A model generated the notes under the pieces. The model had not been told where the DNA came from and ran no database searches. It saw only the letters and a program-made list of their open reading frames with translations. This document shows positions 1-10,413 of a DNA stretch of 64,000 nucleotides, piece by piece; position 1 is the stretch's first letter; each line of letters opens with the position of its first letter. The stretch covers positions 1,056,001 through 1,120,000 of the forward strand of contig CAVSLV010000001.1 of assembly GCA_963728915.1 (NCBI GenBank). Reading direction: 5' to 3'. Source of the DNA: an uncultured Gemmatimonadales bacterium. GTDB taxonomy: Bacteria > Gemmatimonadota > Gemmatimonadetes > Gemmatimonadales > GWC2-71-9. Made by a program: the position numbers and the translations under genes.

Positions 1-400
1 ACATCGGGGTGAGCAAAGGCAGCTCCCCATTCGGCAGCTGCACCGTCTCGTACGCCACCGCGATGGCGCCGGAATCAATGACCGCGCGGGTGAGCTTCTC
101 GTCGGCCGCGAAATGGAAATAGGTGTAGATGATCTGATCGCGCCGCATGCGTGGCCACTCGACCGCGATCGGCTCTTTCACCTTCATGATCATTTCGGCC
201 GCTTTCCAAACCTGATCGGCCGTGTCGAGGATCTTCCCGCCGGCGGTGCGATACTGCTCGTCGGAGAATCCGCTGCCGTCTCCTGCGCCCGCTTCGATCA
301 GGACTTCGTGCCCCTGCCCCACCAGCAGCTCGCAGCCCGCCGGGACCAGGGCCACCCGGTTCTCGGAGGTCTTGACTTCCTTGGGAACGCCGAGAATCAC
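1..400 (-). CDS. ald: Alanine dehydrogenase, N-terminal part (runs off window edge)
   Basis: Manual translation from GTG at 400: VILGVPKEVKTSENRVAL...MKVKEP...YFHFAA...AYETV...LPLLTPM, the typical AlaDH N-terminus. GTGA overlap with the upstream peptidase stop. Confidence 0.92.
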   Translation of the reverse strand, partial: MILGVPKEVKTSENRVALVPAGCELLVGQGHEVLIEAGAGDGSGFSDEQYRTAGGKILDTADQVWKAAEMIMKVKEPIAVEWPRMRRDQIIYTYFHFAADEKLTRAVIDSGAIAVAYETVQLPNGELPLLTPM

Positions 401-1671
401 GATGATGTCCTTGGGGTGGAAGGAGAGGGACCGAGCCGCACCGAGCACCAGCGCGAGGGATCAAAATACTCCCCCAACACCGCGGCGATAGTGTCCCCGT
501 CTACCGCATCGATCTCGGCCAGTATCTCCTCCAGGCGTCGGTAGCGATCCTGGTAGAGGATAGTCGCCGCCAGACGGTGCATCCGGCTGCCCGGACTCTC
601 CAGCGCAAGCATGACCTGCCCCTTGAGCTGCTGGCGGCCGTCATCGAGATCCGTTTCCGAGAGTCCTTCCCGGATCAAGCGGTCCAGCTCTTCCCGGATC
701 GCCGCCTCAGCCGCGTCGGCGGTCGCCGGCTGGGTGCCGACATACACGCCGATCGTCCCGGTGCCCTGATAGAGGTGGTTGAAGGCATACACGGCATACG
801 CCAGCCCCAGCTCCTCCCGGATCCGCTGGAAGAGCCGGCTCGACATCCCGCCCCCCAGCAGGTTGGTGATGATCGCCAGGGCATACCTCCGCGGGTCCCT
901 GGCGTCGAAAGCATCGGTCGCCAGCACCAGGTGGGTTTGCTGGGAGTCCCGTTCGGCGTCGACCGATACGCCCCGCCGGGCGCTGCTTCCGTCGATCGGC
1001 CCCCACGGCTCCATCCGCTCACCCTCGAACCAGCCTTCCCGTTCGAGCACCGTGAGCAACTGTCCATGCTCGACCCGGCCCGCAGCGGCAAAGATGCAGT
1101 TCCCGGGATAGAAACTTCGCCGATGAAGATCGCGGACCTGCTCGAGCCCCATCGCACGGACGGTCTCGGGCGTGCCCAGAATGGAGTACCCGTAAGGATG
1201 ATCGGGCCAGAGGGTCCGTCCGGTGATCTCGAACACGAGATCTTCGGGGGCATCCTGGACCCCGTCGATCTCGTCCAGAATGACGTTCCGCTCGAGCTCG
1301 AGGTCCTCGCTGCGCAGCAGGGGATGGCGGACCAGGTCGGTGAGGATCTCGACGGCGAGCGGGACGTCGGCGTCGAGGACGTGGGCCTGGAAGCTGGTGT
1401 GGTCGCGAGAGGTGTAGGCGTCGAGGGACCCGCCCCGGATTTCCAGCTCGTGGGCGAGCTGTTTGGCGGTCCGTCTGCGGGTTCCCTTGAAGACCAGGTG
1501 TTCGAGCAGATGGGCCGCGCCCATCAGGGCCGGCGGCTCGTGGACACTGGCCGATCGCACCCAGATCCCGACCGCGGCGGACCGCACCCCGGGCAGCCGC
1601 TCGGAAAGAACGACAAACCCGTTCGGGGCGACCGAACGGGTCAGTCCTTCATCGAGGAGTTCGCTCTGCAA
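397..1671 (-). CDS. M16 family (pitrilysin-like) zinc peptidase
   Basis: HLLEHLVFKG (HxxEH), LDAYTS, GGGMSSRLFQ.IRE..GLAY motifs. Directly downstream of pnp. Confidence 0.92.
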   Translation of the reverse strand: MQSELLDEGLTRSVAPNGFVVLSERLPGVRSAAVGIWVRSASVHEPPALMGAAHLLEHLVFKGTRRRTAKQLAHELEIRGGSLDAYTSRDHTSFQAHVLDADVPLAVEILTDLVRHPLLRSEDLELERNVILDEIDGVQDAPEDLVFEITGRTLWPDHPYGYSILGTPETVRAMGLEQVRDLHRRSFYPGNCIFAAAGRVEHGQLLTVLEREGWFEGERMEPWGPIDGSSARRGVSVDAERDSQQTHLVLATDAFDARDPRRYALAIITNLLGGGMSSRLFQRIREELGLAYAVYAFNHLYQGTGTIGVYVGTQPATADAAEAAIREELDRLIREGLSETDLDDGRQQLKGQVMLALESPGSRMHRLAATILYQDRYRRLEEILAEIDAVDGDTIAAVLGEYFDPSRWCSVRLGPSPSTPRTSS

Positions 1672-3753
1672 CTATTCCTTGGGAAGCAGGGCTTTCCGCG
1701 ACAGCTTCATGCGGCCCCGGTCGTCCACTTCAAGCAGCTTGACCTGCACGATGTCGCCCTTCTTCACCACGTCCTCGGTCTTCTCGGTCCGGCCATGCTG
1801 GAGCTCGCTGATGTGCAGCAGGCCTTCCACCCCGGGAATGATCTCGACGAACGCGCCGAAGGCGGTGGTGCTCTTGACCGGGCCTTCGTACACCTTGCCG
1901 ACCTCGGGCTCCGCCACGATGCCCATGATCATTTCCTTGGCTTTCTGGCCGGCCTCGCCGCCGACGGCGGCGATGGTCACCACGCCGGAATCGTCCACAC
2001 TGATCTTCGCGCCGGTGGCGTCCTGGATTCCCCGGATGGTCTTCCCCTTGGGTCCGATAATGTCGCCGATCTTGTCGGGCTTGATCTGGATGGTGAGGAT
2101 CCGCGGAGCGTGGGGCGACAGCTCGGAGCGGGGGGCGGCCAGGGCCTTCTTCATCTCGCCCAGGATGTGCATGCGCCCCTTCTTCGCCTTGGCGAGCGCC
2201 TCTTCCATCAGCTTGAGATCGATTCCCTGGACCTTGATATCCATCTGGATCGAGGTGATCCCCTGCTCGGTCCCCGCGACCTTGAAGTCCATGTCGCCCA
2301 GGTGGTCTTCCGCCCCGAGGATGTCGGTCAGGATGGCGACCCGGTCGCCTTCCTTCACCAGGCCCATCGCGACCCCGGCGCAGGGCGCCCGCATCGGCAC
2401 GCCGGCATCCATCAGCGCCAGCGAGCCGCCGCAGACCGTAGCCATCGAGGAGGATCCGTTCGATTCGAGGATCTCCGAAACGACCCGCAGGGTGTAGGGG
2501 AAGCTGTCGAAGGCCGGGAGGAGCGGCTGAAGCGCGCGCTCCGCCAACGCGCCATGCCCGATCTCACGCCGGCTGGTACCCCGCATCATCTTCACTTCGC
2601 CGGTCGAGTAGGGCGGAAAGTTGTAGTGCAGCATGAACGACTTGGTGGTCTCACCCATCACGTCGATCGAGTCGATCCGCTGTTCGTCATCCGAGGTGCC
2701 GAGGGTCACGGCGACCAGGGCCTGGGTCTGGCCCCTGGTGAAGAGCGCCGACCCGTGGGCGCGGGGCAGCACGCCGGTTTCGATGCTGATGGGACGGACC
2801 GTGTCGAGGTCCCGCCCATCGACCCGCTCTCCCTTGCTCAGCACCTGTTCCCGCATCACCCGGTATTCGATTTCCTCGAGCTCGGTCGAGATCTCCCGGG
2901 AGCGCTCCGCGAACTCGGCGGCCAGGGCCTCGAGCACGTCCTGCTTGACCGCGCCGATCGACTGGGCCCGGGCGGCCTTGTCGCGCACGTTGATCCCCTT
3001 GGTCATGGCGCCTTCGGCAAGCGCACGGACCTTCGCCACCAGAACGGGATCCGTGCCCGCGGCGGTCCATTCCATCTTGGGCTTGCCCGACTCCTTGACC
3101 AGTTTGTCGGCGTGGCCCACCAGCTCGCGGACCCCCATCTGGGCGACCTTGAGCGCGTCGAGCATTTCCTGCTCGGAAACCTCGAGGGAGCCGCCCTCCA
3201 CCATGATGATGGAATTGGCGTTGCCACTCACCGTGAGGTCGATGGTGGAGAACTCGAGCTGCTGGAAGGTGGGATTGAGGATCCAGTTCCCTTCCACCCG
3301 GCCGACCCGCACCGTGGCGAGCGGCCCATGCCAGGGCACCGGCGAGAGCGCCAGGGCGAGGGAGGCGGAGTAGGCGCCCAGGATGTCGGCGTCGTTCTCC
3401 TGATCGGCGGAGACCACCGTCACGAAGACCTGGACCTCGTTCTTGAAGCCTTCCGGGAACATCGGTCGGATCGATCGATCGATGATCCGGCAGGCCAGGA
3501 TCTCCTTGTCGGAGGGCCGGCCCTCACGCTTGAGGAAGCCGCCGGGAATCTTCCCCGCCGCGTAGGTCTTCTCCCGGTACTCGACCGTCAGCGGGAAAAA
3601 GGGGAGCGTCGAAACATTGGGCGAGACGGTGACCGCGGCGATCACCATCGTATCGCCGAACTGGACCGTGACCGAGCCGGCCGCCTGTTTGGCCAGTTTG
3701 CCTGTTTCGATGCGGAGGCGACGCCCCGCGAAAGTTGTTTCAATCGTTTGCAC
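1672..3753 (-). CDS. pnp: Polyribonucleotide nucleotidyltransferase (PNPase)
   Basis: ETGKLAKQA, RREIGHG, SNGSSSMA, GDMDFKVAGT motifs plus KH and S1 domains. GTG start chosen at 3753. Confidence 0.97.
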   Translation of the reverse strand: MQTIETTFAGRRLRIETGKLAKQAAGSVTVQFGDTMVIAAVTVSPNVSTLPFFPLTVEYREKTYAAGKIPGGFLKREGRPSDKEILACRIIDRSIRPMFPEGFKNEVQVFVTVVSADQENDADILGAYSASLALALSPVPWHGPLATVRVGRVEGNWILNPTFQQLEFSTIDLTVSGNANSIIMVEGGSLEVSEQEMLDALKVAQMGVRELVGHADKLVKESGKPKMEWTAAGTDPVLVAKVRALAEGAMTKGINVRDKAARAQSIGAVKQDVLEALAAEFAERSREISTELEEIEYRVMREQVLSKGERVDGRDLDTVRPISIETGVLPRAHGSALFTRGQTQALVAVTLGTSDDEQRIDSIDVMGETTKSFMLHYNFPPYSTGEVKMMRGTSRREIGHGALAERALQPLLPAFDSFPYTLRVVSEILESNGSSSMATVCGGSLALMDAGVPMRAPCAGVAMGLVKEGDRVAILTDILGAEDHLGDMDFKVAGTEQGITSIQMDIKVQGIDLKLMEEALAKAKKGRMHILGEMKKALAAPRSELSPHAPRILTIQIKPDKIGDIIGPKGKTIRGIQDATGAKISVDDSGVVTIAAVGGEAGQKAKEMIMGIVAEPEVGKVYEGPVKSTTAFGAFVEIIPGVEGLLHISELQHGRTEKTEDVVKKGDIVQVKLLEVDDRGRMKLSRKALLPKE

Positions 3754-3793
3754 GTTGACTGCCCTGGGTGAACGGTACGTTCCAAATACCAAG

Positions 3794-3817
3794 CGGGCGC
3801 CCCATCCGGGACGCCCG
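3794..3817 (-). terminator. 10-bp hairpin between rpsO and pnp (weak terminator or processing site)
   Basis: Minus strand CGGGCGTCCC-GGAT-GGGGCGCCCG followed by CTTGGTATTT. Confidence 0.5.
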
Positions 3818-3834
3818 AGCGAAATCGGCGCCGG

Positions 3835-4095
3835 CTAGTGCCGGAGCCCCAGCTCCTGAATCAGCGAGCGGTAGGTCGCGAGATCGGTGCTTCGGAGGTA
3901 ATTGAGAAGTCGCCTCCGGGTCCCCACCATCTTGAGCAGGCCACGACGCCCGTGATGGTCCTTGGGATGAGTCCGGAAGTGATCGGTGAGCGAATTGATT
4001 CGCTCGGTGAGCAGCGCCACCTGGAGCCGGGCCGAGCCGGTGTCCTCCTCGTGGAGCCGGAACTTCGTCGCCACGCTCGTCTTGTCGTACGCCAT
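3835..4095 (-). CDS. rpsO: 30S ribosomal protein S15
   Basis: [16 protein letters not shown]...[24 protein letters not shown] before ATG at 4095. Confidence 0.97.
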   Translation of the reverse strand: MAYDKTSVATKFRLHEEDTGSARLQVALLTERINSLTDHFRTHPKDHHGRRGLLKMVGTRRRLLNYLRSTDLATYRSLIQELGLRH

Positions 4096-4155
4096 CGTTG
4101 CGCGGTTCCTCTTTACATCCGTCTCGGTGAATATGCCATCGCTAAGTATCCCAAT

Positions 4156-4185
4156 AAGATAACGCCTGAGGAGCCCGTGCAGCAA
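4156..4185 (-). promoter_or_regulatory. Putative sigma70-type promoter for rpsO
   Basis: TTGCTG-N18-TATCTT on the minus strand in an AT-richer intergenic stretch. Confidence 0.45.
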
Positions 4186-4202
4186 GCCGGACGGTTGGAG
4201 AT

Positions 4203-5057
4203 TCAGGGCCACCGCCTGAACGCCACTCTCTTTTTCCCTTGCTGCTTCACCTGGTACATGCACGCATCGGTCAGGGCCACGGCGGTATCGACCGAGGCGG
4301 GGGCCACCGCGAACGCGACCACCCCGACGCTCAGGGTGACGCCCTGGGAATCCACCTCGCGCCGGAGCCGGTCGCGAACCAGTCCCATGACGTGCTCGAT
4401 CACGCGCTCGGCCTGTCCCAGATCGGTCCCGGGCAGGAGCAGGGCAAACTCATCGCCGCCGAGGCGCCCGACCATATCGACTTTCCTGGTCCCCTCCCGG
4501 AGCGCGCTCGCCACGCTCACGAGGACCGCATCTCCCTCGGCATGGCCGCCGGGACCGTCGTTGATCTGCTTGAAATCGTCGACATCGAGATAGGCGAGGA
4601 CCAGCGGCGTGTCGTGACGCCGGCTCCATTCGAGTGCCCGGTCGAGCGCTTCGAAGAAGGCCCGCCGGTTGGGAATCCCGGTGAGGGGGTCCTCCCGGGC
4701 CATGGAGAGGAACCGGAAGTTCTGTCGAGCGACCAGCGAAATCATTCCAGCGGAGAAAAGGAAGAAGAGCAGGCGGGCCCCGCCGTTGGCGAGGAGGATC
4801 TGGGTATCAGGATGAAGCGCCGAAGCCCAGTCGGTGGCCACACTGGCGCAGGTGGAGAGCAGCGCCATGGCGAGTCCCTGCCGCCATCCCAGGTACCACG
4901 CCACCGCCGCGATCGAGGGCAGATAGAAGACCGACATCTCGATCGACGGACCGCTCCGGTAGTCGACCCACGACACCAGCAGGAGGCCGAAGAGGCTGAG
5001 CACCACGATGCTTCCCGGCCGCGCGGTGCGAAGGAACTCCAGAAGCGAGCGCAACAT
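4203..5057 (-). CDS. Membrane-anchored diguanylate cyclase (GGDEF)
   Basis: Hydrophobic N-terminus (~4 TM). [25 protein letters not shown]-site followed by RLGGDEF. Confidence 0.92.
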   Translation of the reverse strand: MLRSLLEFLRTARPGSIVVLSLFGLLLVSWVDYRSGPSIEMSVFYLPSIAAVAWYLGWRQGLAMALLSTCASVATDWASALHPDTQILLANGGARLLFFLFSAGMISLVARQNFRFLSMAREDPLTGIPNRRAFFEALDRALEWSRRHDTPLVLAYLDVDDFKQINDGPGGHAEGDAVLVSVASALREGTRKVDMVGRLGGDEFALLLPGTDLGQAERVIEHVMGLVRDRLRREVDSQGVTLSVGVVAFAVAPASVDTAVALTDACMYQVKQQGKKRVAFRRWP

Positions 5058-5060
5058 GGC

Positions 5061-6425
5061 TCACATTCCTACAAGCCGCCGAATGTCGTTCGAGAATGCC
5101 AGCACCATGAGCAATACCACCAGGATCAGCCCGGCGAGGGTGAGGCGCTCCCGGAGCTTGATCGACAACGGCCGTCGGAGGACCGCCTCCCCCAGGAGAA
5201 ACAGCAGCTGACCTCCATCGAGGAGGGGAATCGGGAGCAGATTCAGCACCGCGAGATTGACCGAGATCATCGCCATGAACGCGAGGAACGGGGCAACCCC
5301 CTGCTGCGCCGATTCGCCGGCCATCACCCCGATGGCGATGGGCCCGCCGACTTCTCTGGTCGAGACCCGGCCACTGAACATGCCTCGCACCACCCGGACG
5401 ATCTGGGTGGAGACATCAAGGGTTTGTGAGGCTCCCCGTCCGAACGCGCTGAACAGACCGATCTCGATGTGCCGCTCCGGGATATCCACCCCGAGCCGCA
5501 GCTTGCCGACGTGGTGAGGCACCCCGAGCGAATCGGAAACCATGTCGCTGGTGGAGATCGCCTGGAGTTCGACCCGACCTCCCTGGCGACCGACCAGAAG
5601 CGTGACCGGCTGATCGGGTCGTGCTTCAATGGCCGCGACGGCCTCGCTCCACTGCGACACCGCTTGTCCGGCAATGACAAGCAGCGTGTCCCCGACTCGA
5701 ACCCCAGCCCGGCGACCGGGACCGTCGGGGACCTGGCCGATGACCGGGGGAAGAAACTGGGTGAGACTCTGCACCGCCTGCAGGCGAGCCTCGATGGCGT
5801 CCCGGTGGATCCGGACGGTGAGGGGAGGCTTCCCGGCGACGGCAACCGCGAAGGAATCACCGGGGGTGAAGACGAATTCCTCCTGCAGCGCGTCCCAGGT
5901 GTCGACTGGTTTCCCCGCGACGGCGGTGATGGAGTCCCCCGGCTGGAGCCGGCTCAGCTCTTCGGCCCCCCTGGGAAGCTCGGGGGCGACCGCGCCGACC
6001 CGGGTGATCGGGAGAACGTTCTGTCCCCGGATCCAGAAGAGACCGGAGAACATGAGCCAGGCGAACAGCACGTTCATCGTGACACCGGCCAGAATCACGA
6101 TGATGCGGATCCAGACCGGCTTGGCTTCGAAGACCCGGTCGGGGGGGACCTGGGCGCTCGCCGGGCCCCCTTCGAGCGTGCCGGCCACCGGCTCCTCTTC
6201 GCGGCTCGCCATCTTGACGTATCCGCCGATCGGGAGCCAGGAAATCGCGTATTCGGTTTCGCTCTTCAGCCGGAACGAGCGAATCGGCTTGCCCATCCCG
6301 ATCGAGAAGCGATGGACCCAGATCCCCGCCCACTTGGCCGCCAGGAAGTGGCCGAGCTCGTGCACGAAGATCAGCACGCCCAGAACGACCACGAAGGCCA
6401 GAATGTTGATCAGCACGTTGTTCAC
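5061..6425 (-). CDS. rseP: RIP metalloprotease RseP
   Basis: HELGH, two PDZ-like regions, NLLPIPLLDGG. Confidence 0.95.
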   Translation of the reverse strand: MNNVLINILAFVVVLGVLIFVHELGHFLAAKWAGIWVHRFSIGMGKPIRSFRLKSETEYAISWLPIGGYVKMASREEEPVAGTLEGGPASAQVPPDRVFEAKPVWIRIIVILAGVTMNVLFAWLMFSGLFWIRGQNVLPITRVGAVAPELPRGAEELSRLQPGDSITAVAGKPVDTWDALQEEFVFTPGDSFAVAVAGKPPLTVRIHRDAIEARLQAVQSLTQFLPPVIGQVPDGPGRRAGVRVGDTLLVIAGQAVSQWSEAVAAIEARPDQPVTLLVGRQGGRVELQAISTSDMVSDSLGVPHHVGKLRLGVDIPERHIEIGLFSAFGRGASQTLDVSTQIVRVVRGMFSGRVSTREVGGPIAIGVMAGESAQQGVAPFLAFMAMISVNLAVLNLLPIPLLDGGQLLFLLGEAVLRRPLSIKLRERLTLAGLILVVLLMVLAFSNDIRRLVGM

Positions 6426-7516
6426 GCCGCCATCTCCCGCGCGATCCGGCGAGCCTCCGCATCGGCGCGCTGTACCGTCTCGAGACTGGTGACCTCCTCA
6501 ACCGGGGAGCGCGCGAGGGCCTCCTGGATCACGCCCGCGATCCGCCCGAACGGGAGCCGCCCAGCCAGGAATGCCTCGACCGCCACCTCGTTGGCCGCGT
6601 TGAAGACCGCGGGGGCGGTGCCTCCCCGGCGGCCCGCCTCGATGCCGGCCTCGAACGCCTCGAAATCATCGCGGCGAAGCGGCTCGAACGTGAGCGAGCC
6701 CGCCGCCACCGGGTCGAACCGTCGCGGGGTGGCATCATCGACCCGCTCGGGGTGGGTCAGGGCGTAGAGAATCGGCTGTTCCATGCTGGGGAAGCCGAGC
6801 TGCCCTAACACGCTTCCGTCGACCATTTCGACCAGGGCATGGACGATACTCTGAGGATGCACCACCACCTCGACCCGATCATAGGGAAGTCCGAAGAGGT
6901 GATGGGCCTCGATGACCTCCATCGCCTTGTTGGCGAGGGTGGCGCTGTCCACCGTGATCTTGCTTCCCATCCGCCAGGTGGGATGCCGGAGCGCCTCCTC
7001 GGCGGAGGCCGCCTGGAGCCGCTCCCGGGACCATTCCCGGAACGGCCCTCCCGAAGCGGTCAGAATCAGGCGGCGGAGCCCGTGCTCCCGTCCGGTCACG
7101 CATTGGAGCACCGCGCTGTGTTCCGAATCCACCGGAACCAGCTCCCCGCCCCCGCTGGTCGCGGCGGCCCGCACCAGTTCACCCGCCACCACCAGGGACT
7201 CCTTGTTGGCAAGGGCAACCCGCTTCCCCGCCTTGAGCGCGGCGAGGGTGGCGGCGAGGCCGGCGAACCCCACCACCGCGTTGACCACGATATCGGCCTC
7301 GGGGTGGATGGCGGCTTCGAGGAGACAATGCGGCCCTTCCCCGCTCACCAGGCCCGCGAAGCTCGGCTGCCATTCCGAAATCTGCCGTCCCAGCAGCTCC
7401 GCGTTGGAACCGGCGGTGAGCGCCACCAGGCGAAACCGATCCGGATGGCGGCGCAGGACATTGAGCACGCTGGTCCCGATCGAGCCGGTGGAGCCGAGAA
7501 CGGCGATTCCTTTCAT
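6422..7516 (-). CDS. dxr: 1-deoxy-D-xylulose-5-phosphate reductoisomerase
   Basis: LGSTGSIG, LANKESLV, PVDSEHSA, WRMGSKITVDSAT, NAANE. Confidence 0.96.
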   Translation of the reverse strand: MKGIAVLGSTGSIGTSVLNVLRRHPDRFRLVALTAGSNAELLGRQISEWQPSFAGLVSGEGPHCLLEAAIHPEADIVVNAVVGFAGLAATLAALKAGKRVALANKESLVVAGELVRAAATSGGGELVPVDSEHSAVLQCVTGREHGLRRLILTASGGPFREWSRERLQAASAEEALRHPTWRMGSKITVDSATLANKAMEVIEAHHLFGLPYDRVEVVVHPQSIVHALVEMVDGSVLGQLGFPSMEQPILYALTHPERVDDATPRRFDPVAAGSLTFEPLRRDDFEAFEAGIEAGRRGGTAPAVFNAANEVAVEAFLAGRLPFGRIAGVIQEALARSPVEEVTSLETVQRADAEARRIAREMAA

Positions 7517-7527
7517 GTTCTCTCTCT

Positions 7528-8433
7528 TCAGACGATCGCGAAGGCCCGGTACATCACCAGGGTCACCGGCAGAACGAAATAGAGGGAATCGCACCGGTCA
7601 AGCACGCCGCCATGTCCGGGAATTAACCCGCTCGAGTCCTTGACGCCGGCTTCCCGCTTGAACAGGGACTCCACCAGGTCGCCCACCTGGGCGACCAGGG
7701 CGATCAGGAGGCCCAGCAGGACGGCCTGCCAGAGGGGAAATCCCCTCCCCAGCGGGGCCAGCACCAGGGTCTCCCAGAGTACCGCCGCGAGCACCCCGCC
7801 GAGCAGCCCCGCCACGCCGCCGACCCGGGTCTTTCCGGGGCTCACCGAGGGCCAGAGCCTGGTGTGGCCGAACGCCTTTCCTCCCCACATGGCGAAGCTG
7901 TCGCAGACCCAGGTCACCACCAGCGGGAAAAACACCAGCCAGGTCGCGGACCAGGAGCGGGACGGACCGGCATCGAACCGGAGGAGGAGGAGCGCGCAGG
8001 GAAGCAGGCCGGTGTACACCACCCCGAGCAGGGTGATCGATGCGGCGCTCAGGGGATGTTGCGCCGGCGCGCGCGCGAACAAGGCGGCGATCAGGACGAT
8101 CAGGACGATCACCACCCCGCTTGCCGGCCAGGCCGTTCCGAGCCACGAGGGCGCGAACACGGCGCTGAGCAGCGCGCCCAGCGGATCGGGGGATTCTCCA
8201 ACGGGCGCGGCCCAGATCCAGGTCAGCAGCGGCGCCACGGTGGCGAGGACCAGTCCGGGAACGATGAGCGGCCGCACCCCGATGCGGTCCGCGAGCTGGT
8301 ACAGCTCCCGGGTCCCCAGGAACCCGATCGCGGCCACCAGGACGACCAGCGCCAGGCCGCCGAGCCAGACCACGCCCAGGGCGAGAGGAATCCCGATCGC
8401 GGCAACGAGAACGCGCTGAGCCTGATTGCTCAC
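7528..8433 (-). CDS. cdsA: Phosphatidate cytidylyltransferase
   Basis: SPGKT, GDLVESLFKREAGVKDS..LIPGHGGVLDRCDS. Multi-TM protein. Confidence 0.94.
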   Translation of the reverse strand: MSNQAQRVLVAAIGIPLALGVVWLGGLALVVLVAAIGFLGTRELYQLADRIGVRPLIVPGLVLATVAPLLTWIWAAPVGESPDPLGALLSAVFAPSWLGTAWPASGVVIVLIVLIAALFARAPAQHPLSAASITLLGVVYTGLLPCALLLLRFDAGPSRSWSATWLVFFPLVVTWVCDSFAMWGGKAFGHTRLWPSVSPGKTRVGGVAGLLGGVLAAVLWETLVLAPLGRGFPLWQAVLLGLLIALVAQVGDLVESLFKREAGVKDSSGLIPGHGGVLDRCDSLYFVLPVTLVMYRAFAIV

Positions 8434-9146
8434 GCGCCGGCCTGCAGCCGGCCGAATCTCCGATCGCGGTGGGTGTACTCCTCGATCGCCGCGAAGAGAT
8501 CCTTGCGGGTGAAGTCCGGCCAGAGGACAGGGGTGACCAGGAACTCGGCGTACGCGAGCTGCCAGAGGAGAAAATTGGAGAGGCGGTATTCCCCCGACGT
8601 GCGGATGACCAGATCGGGATCGGGGAGCCCCGCGGTGTAAAGCCGGGCCGAGACCGCGGATTCGTCAATCTGGTCGGGACGAAGGCGGCCCGCCGCCACC
8701 TCCTCGGCGAGATAGCGCGCGGCGCGAACCAGCTCGGCGCGGGACCCATAGGAAAGGCAGATGTTCAGGAGGAGCGCGGTACCGGCGGCGGTGTCCCGCT
8801 GAATCAGATCCACCGCCGCCCTGGCCGGAGGCGTGAGGGGATCGAGATGTCCCATCACCCGCACGGCGACCCCCTGCTGGCGCAGCTCGTCCCCGTCCAG
8901 GGCGACGTATTCCTGGAGCAGCTCCATCAAGGCCTCGATCTCCTCGGCCGGCCGCTGCCAGTTTTCCTGGCTGAAGGCAAAGAGGGTCAGGACCTCGACG
9001 CCTGCCTCCCGGCATCCGGCAACGCACTCCCGAACCGAGGCCATCCCAGCCTGGTGGCCGGCCGAGCGCGGCAATCCCCGTTGCCGGGCCCAGCGGCCGT
9101 TTCCATCCATGATGACCGCGATGTGTTTTGGGGGGGGCGGAGTCAC
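8430..9146 (-). CDS. uppS: Undecaprenyl diphosphate synthase
   Basis: HIAVIMDGNGRWA, FSQENW, RTSGEYRLSNFLLWQ. Confidence 0.96.
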   Translation of the reverse strand: MTPPPPKHIAVIMDGNGRWARQRGLPRSAGHQAGMASVRECVAGCREAGVEVLTLFAFSQENWQRPAEEIEALMELLQEYVALDGDELRQQGVAVRVMGHLDPLTPPARAAVDLIQRDTAAGTALLLNICLSYGSRAELVRAARYLAEEVAAGRLRPDQIDESAVSARLYTAGLPDPDLVIRTSGEYRLSNFLLWQLAYAEFLVTPVLWPDFTRKDLFAAIEEYTHRDRRFGRLQAGA

Positions 9147-9706
9147 ACCTCCATGATCTCCGCTTCTTTGGCGTGAATCAGCGTATCGATCTGCTTGATG
9201 TGCTCGTCGTGAGACTTCTGCACTTCCTTCTCGGCGCGGGACTTCTCGTCGTCCGAAACGTGCTCCACCTTCTTGAGCTTGTGGAGCGCATCGGTCCGGC
9301 TGTGCCGGACCGCGATGCGACCTTCCTCGGCGAGCTTGTGGACCACTTTCACCAGCTCCTTGCGACGCTCCTCCGACAGGGGAGGCAATGGAATCCGAAT
9401 CAGATTCCCCGAAGTCTGGGGATTGAGGCCGAGATCCGACTCCCGGAGGGCCTTCTCGATGGCCGGGGCGATGGACTTGTCGAACGGCTGAACCGTCAGC
9501 ATCCGGGGCTCCGGCGCCGCGACCATGCCGACCTGGTTGAGTGGCACCTGGTTGCCGTACGCCTCGACCCGCACCATATCGAGCAGGGCGGTGGAGGCCT
9601 TGTTGCCCCGGAGTCCCGACAGCTCCCGCTTGGTGCCCTCCACCGATTTGTGCATGTGATCGCGGGCCTGCTTCACGATCTCGGGAATGCTGGAGGCAGC
9701 GCTCAT
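9143..9706 (-). CDS. frr: Ribosome recycling factor
   Basis: [25 protein letters not shown]. Operon position. Confidence 0.96.
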   Translation of the reverse strand: MSAASSIPEIVKQARDHMHKSVEGTKRELSGLRGNKASTALLDMVRVEAYGNQVPLNQVGMVAAPEPRMLTVQPFDKSIAPAIEKALRESDLGLNPQTSGNLIRIPLPPLSEERRKELVKVVHKLAEEGRIAVRHSRTDALHKLKKVEHVSDDEKSRAEKEVQKSHDEHIKQIDTLIHAKEAEIMEV

Positions 9707-10413
9707 CGCACGATCGTCCCCACCCGGTCGCCCGCGAGCACCCGCCCGATGGCGCCAGGCTGATTGATGTTGAAGACTACGATTGGGAGCTGGTTTTCCT
9801 TGCAGAGGCCGAACGCATTCGCATCCATCACGGCATACCCCTTGACCAGGGCGTCCTGGAACGAAAGCTCGGGAATGAACTGCGCCTTGGGATCCCGTTT
9901 CGGATCGCCGGTGTACACCCCGTCAACGCTGGTCGCCTTGAGAATGATCTCGGCTTCCATCTCGAGGGCCCGGAGGACGGCGGCGGTATCGGTCGAGAAG
10001 AACGGATTGCCGGTTCCCCCGGCGAAGATCACCAGCCGGCCCTTTTCAAGGTGCCGGACCGCGCGCCGGCGAATGTACGGCTCGGCGAGCGATTCCATCC
10101 GGATCGCGGTCAGCACCCGGGTCTGCACCCCGATGCGCTCGAGCACATCCTGAAAGGCGAGCGCGTTGATCACGGTCGCCAGCATCCCCATGTAGTCCGC
10201 GGACACCCGGTCCAGGCCCTGGGAGCTGGCGGCGGTTCCCCGAACGATGTTCCCGCCGCCAACGACCAACCCGAGCCGGATGCCCTGAGCGTGCACGTCC
10301 TTGATCTGCCGAGCGAGGTCCTCCACCGTCGGGTAGTCGAGACCGACGCCGTGACCTCCGGCCAGGGCCTCACCGGAGATCTTGAGCAGAGCGCGTCGGT
10401 AGGCGAGCGCCAC
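9703..10413 (-). CDS. pyrH: UMP kinase
   Basis: [33 protein letters not shown]. Confidence 0.97.
   Translation of the reverse strand: MALAYRRALLKISGEALAGGHGVGLDYPTVEDLARQIKDVHAQGIRLGLVVGGGNIVRGTAASSQGLDRVSADYMGMLATVINALAFQDVLERIGVQTRVLTAIRMESLAEPYIRRRAVRHLEKGRLVIFAGGTGNPFFSTDTAAVLRALEMEAEIILKATSVDGVYTGDPKRDPKAQFIPELSFQDALVKGYAVMDANAFGLCKENQLPIVVFNINQPGAIGRVLAGDRVGTIVR

Noticed and set aside
577..3771. 1064-aa + strand ORF, and similar long ORFs at 9541-11562, 17399-19312, 26747-28732, 28903-31131, 42068-43987, 47547-49640 and 49653-52226
   Set aside because: Antisense shadows of well-supported genes, expected from high-GC codon bias. No recognisable motifs.
6422..7516. Dxr appears short (364 aa), possible pseudogene
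   Set aside because: All catalytic motifs are intact and in frame. The shortening lies in a variable part of the N-domain.
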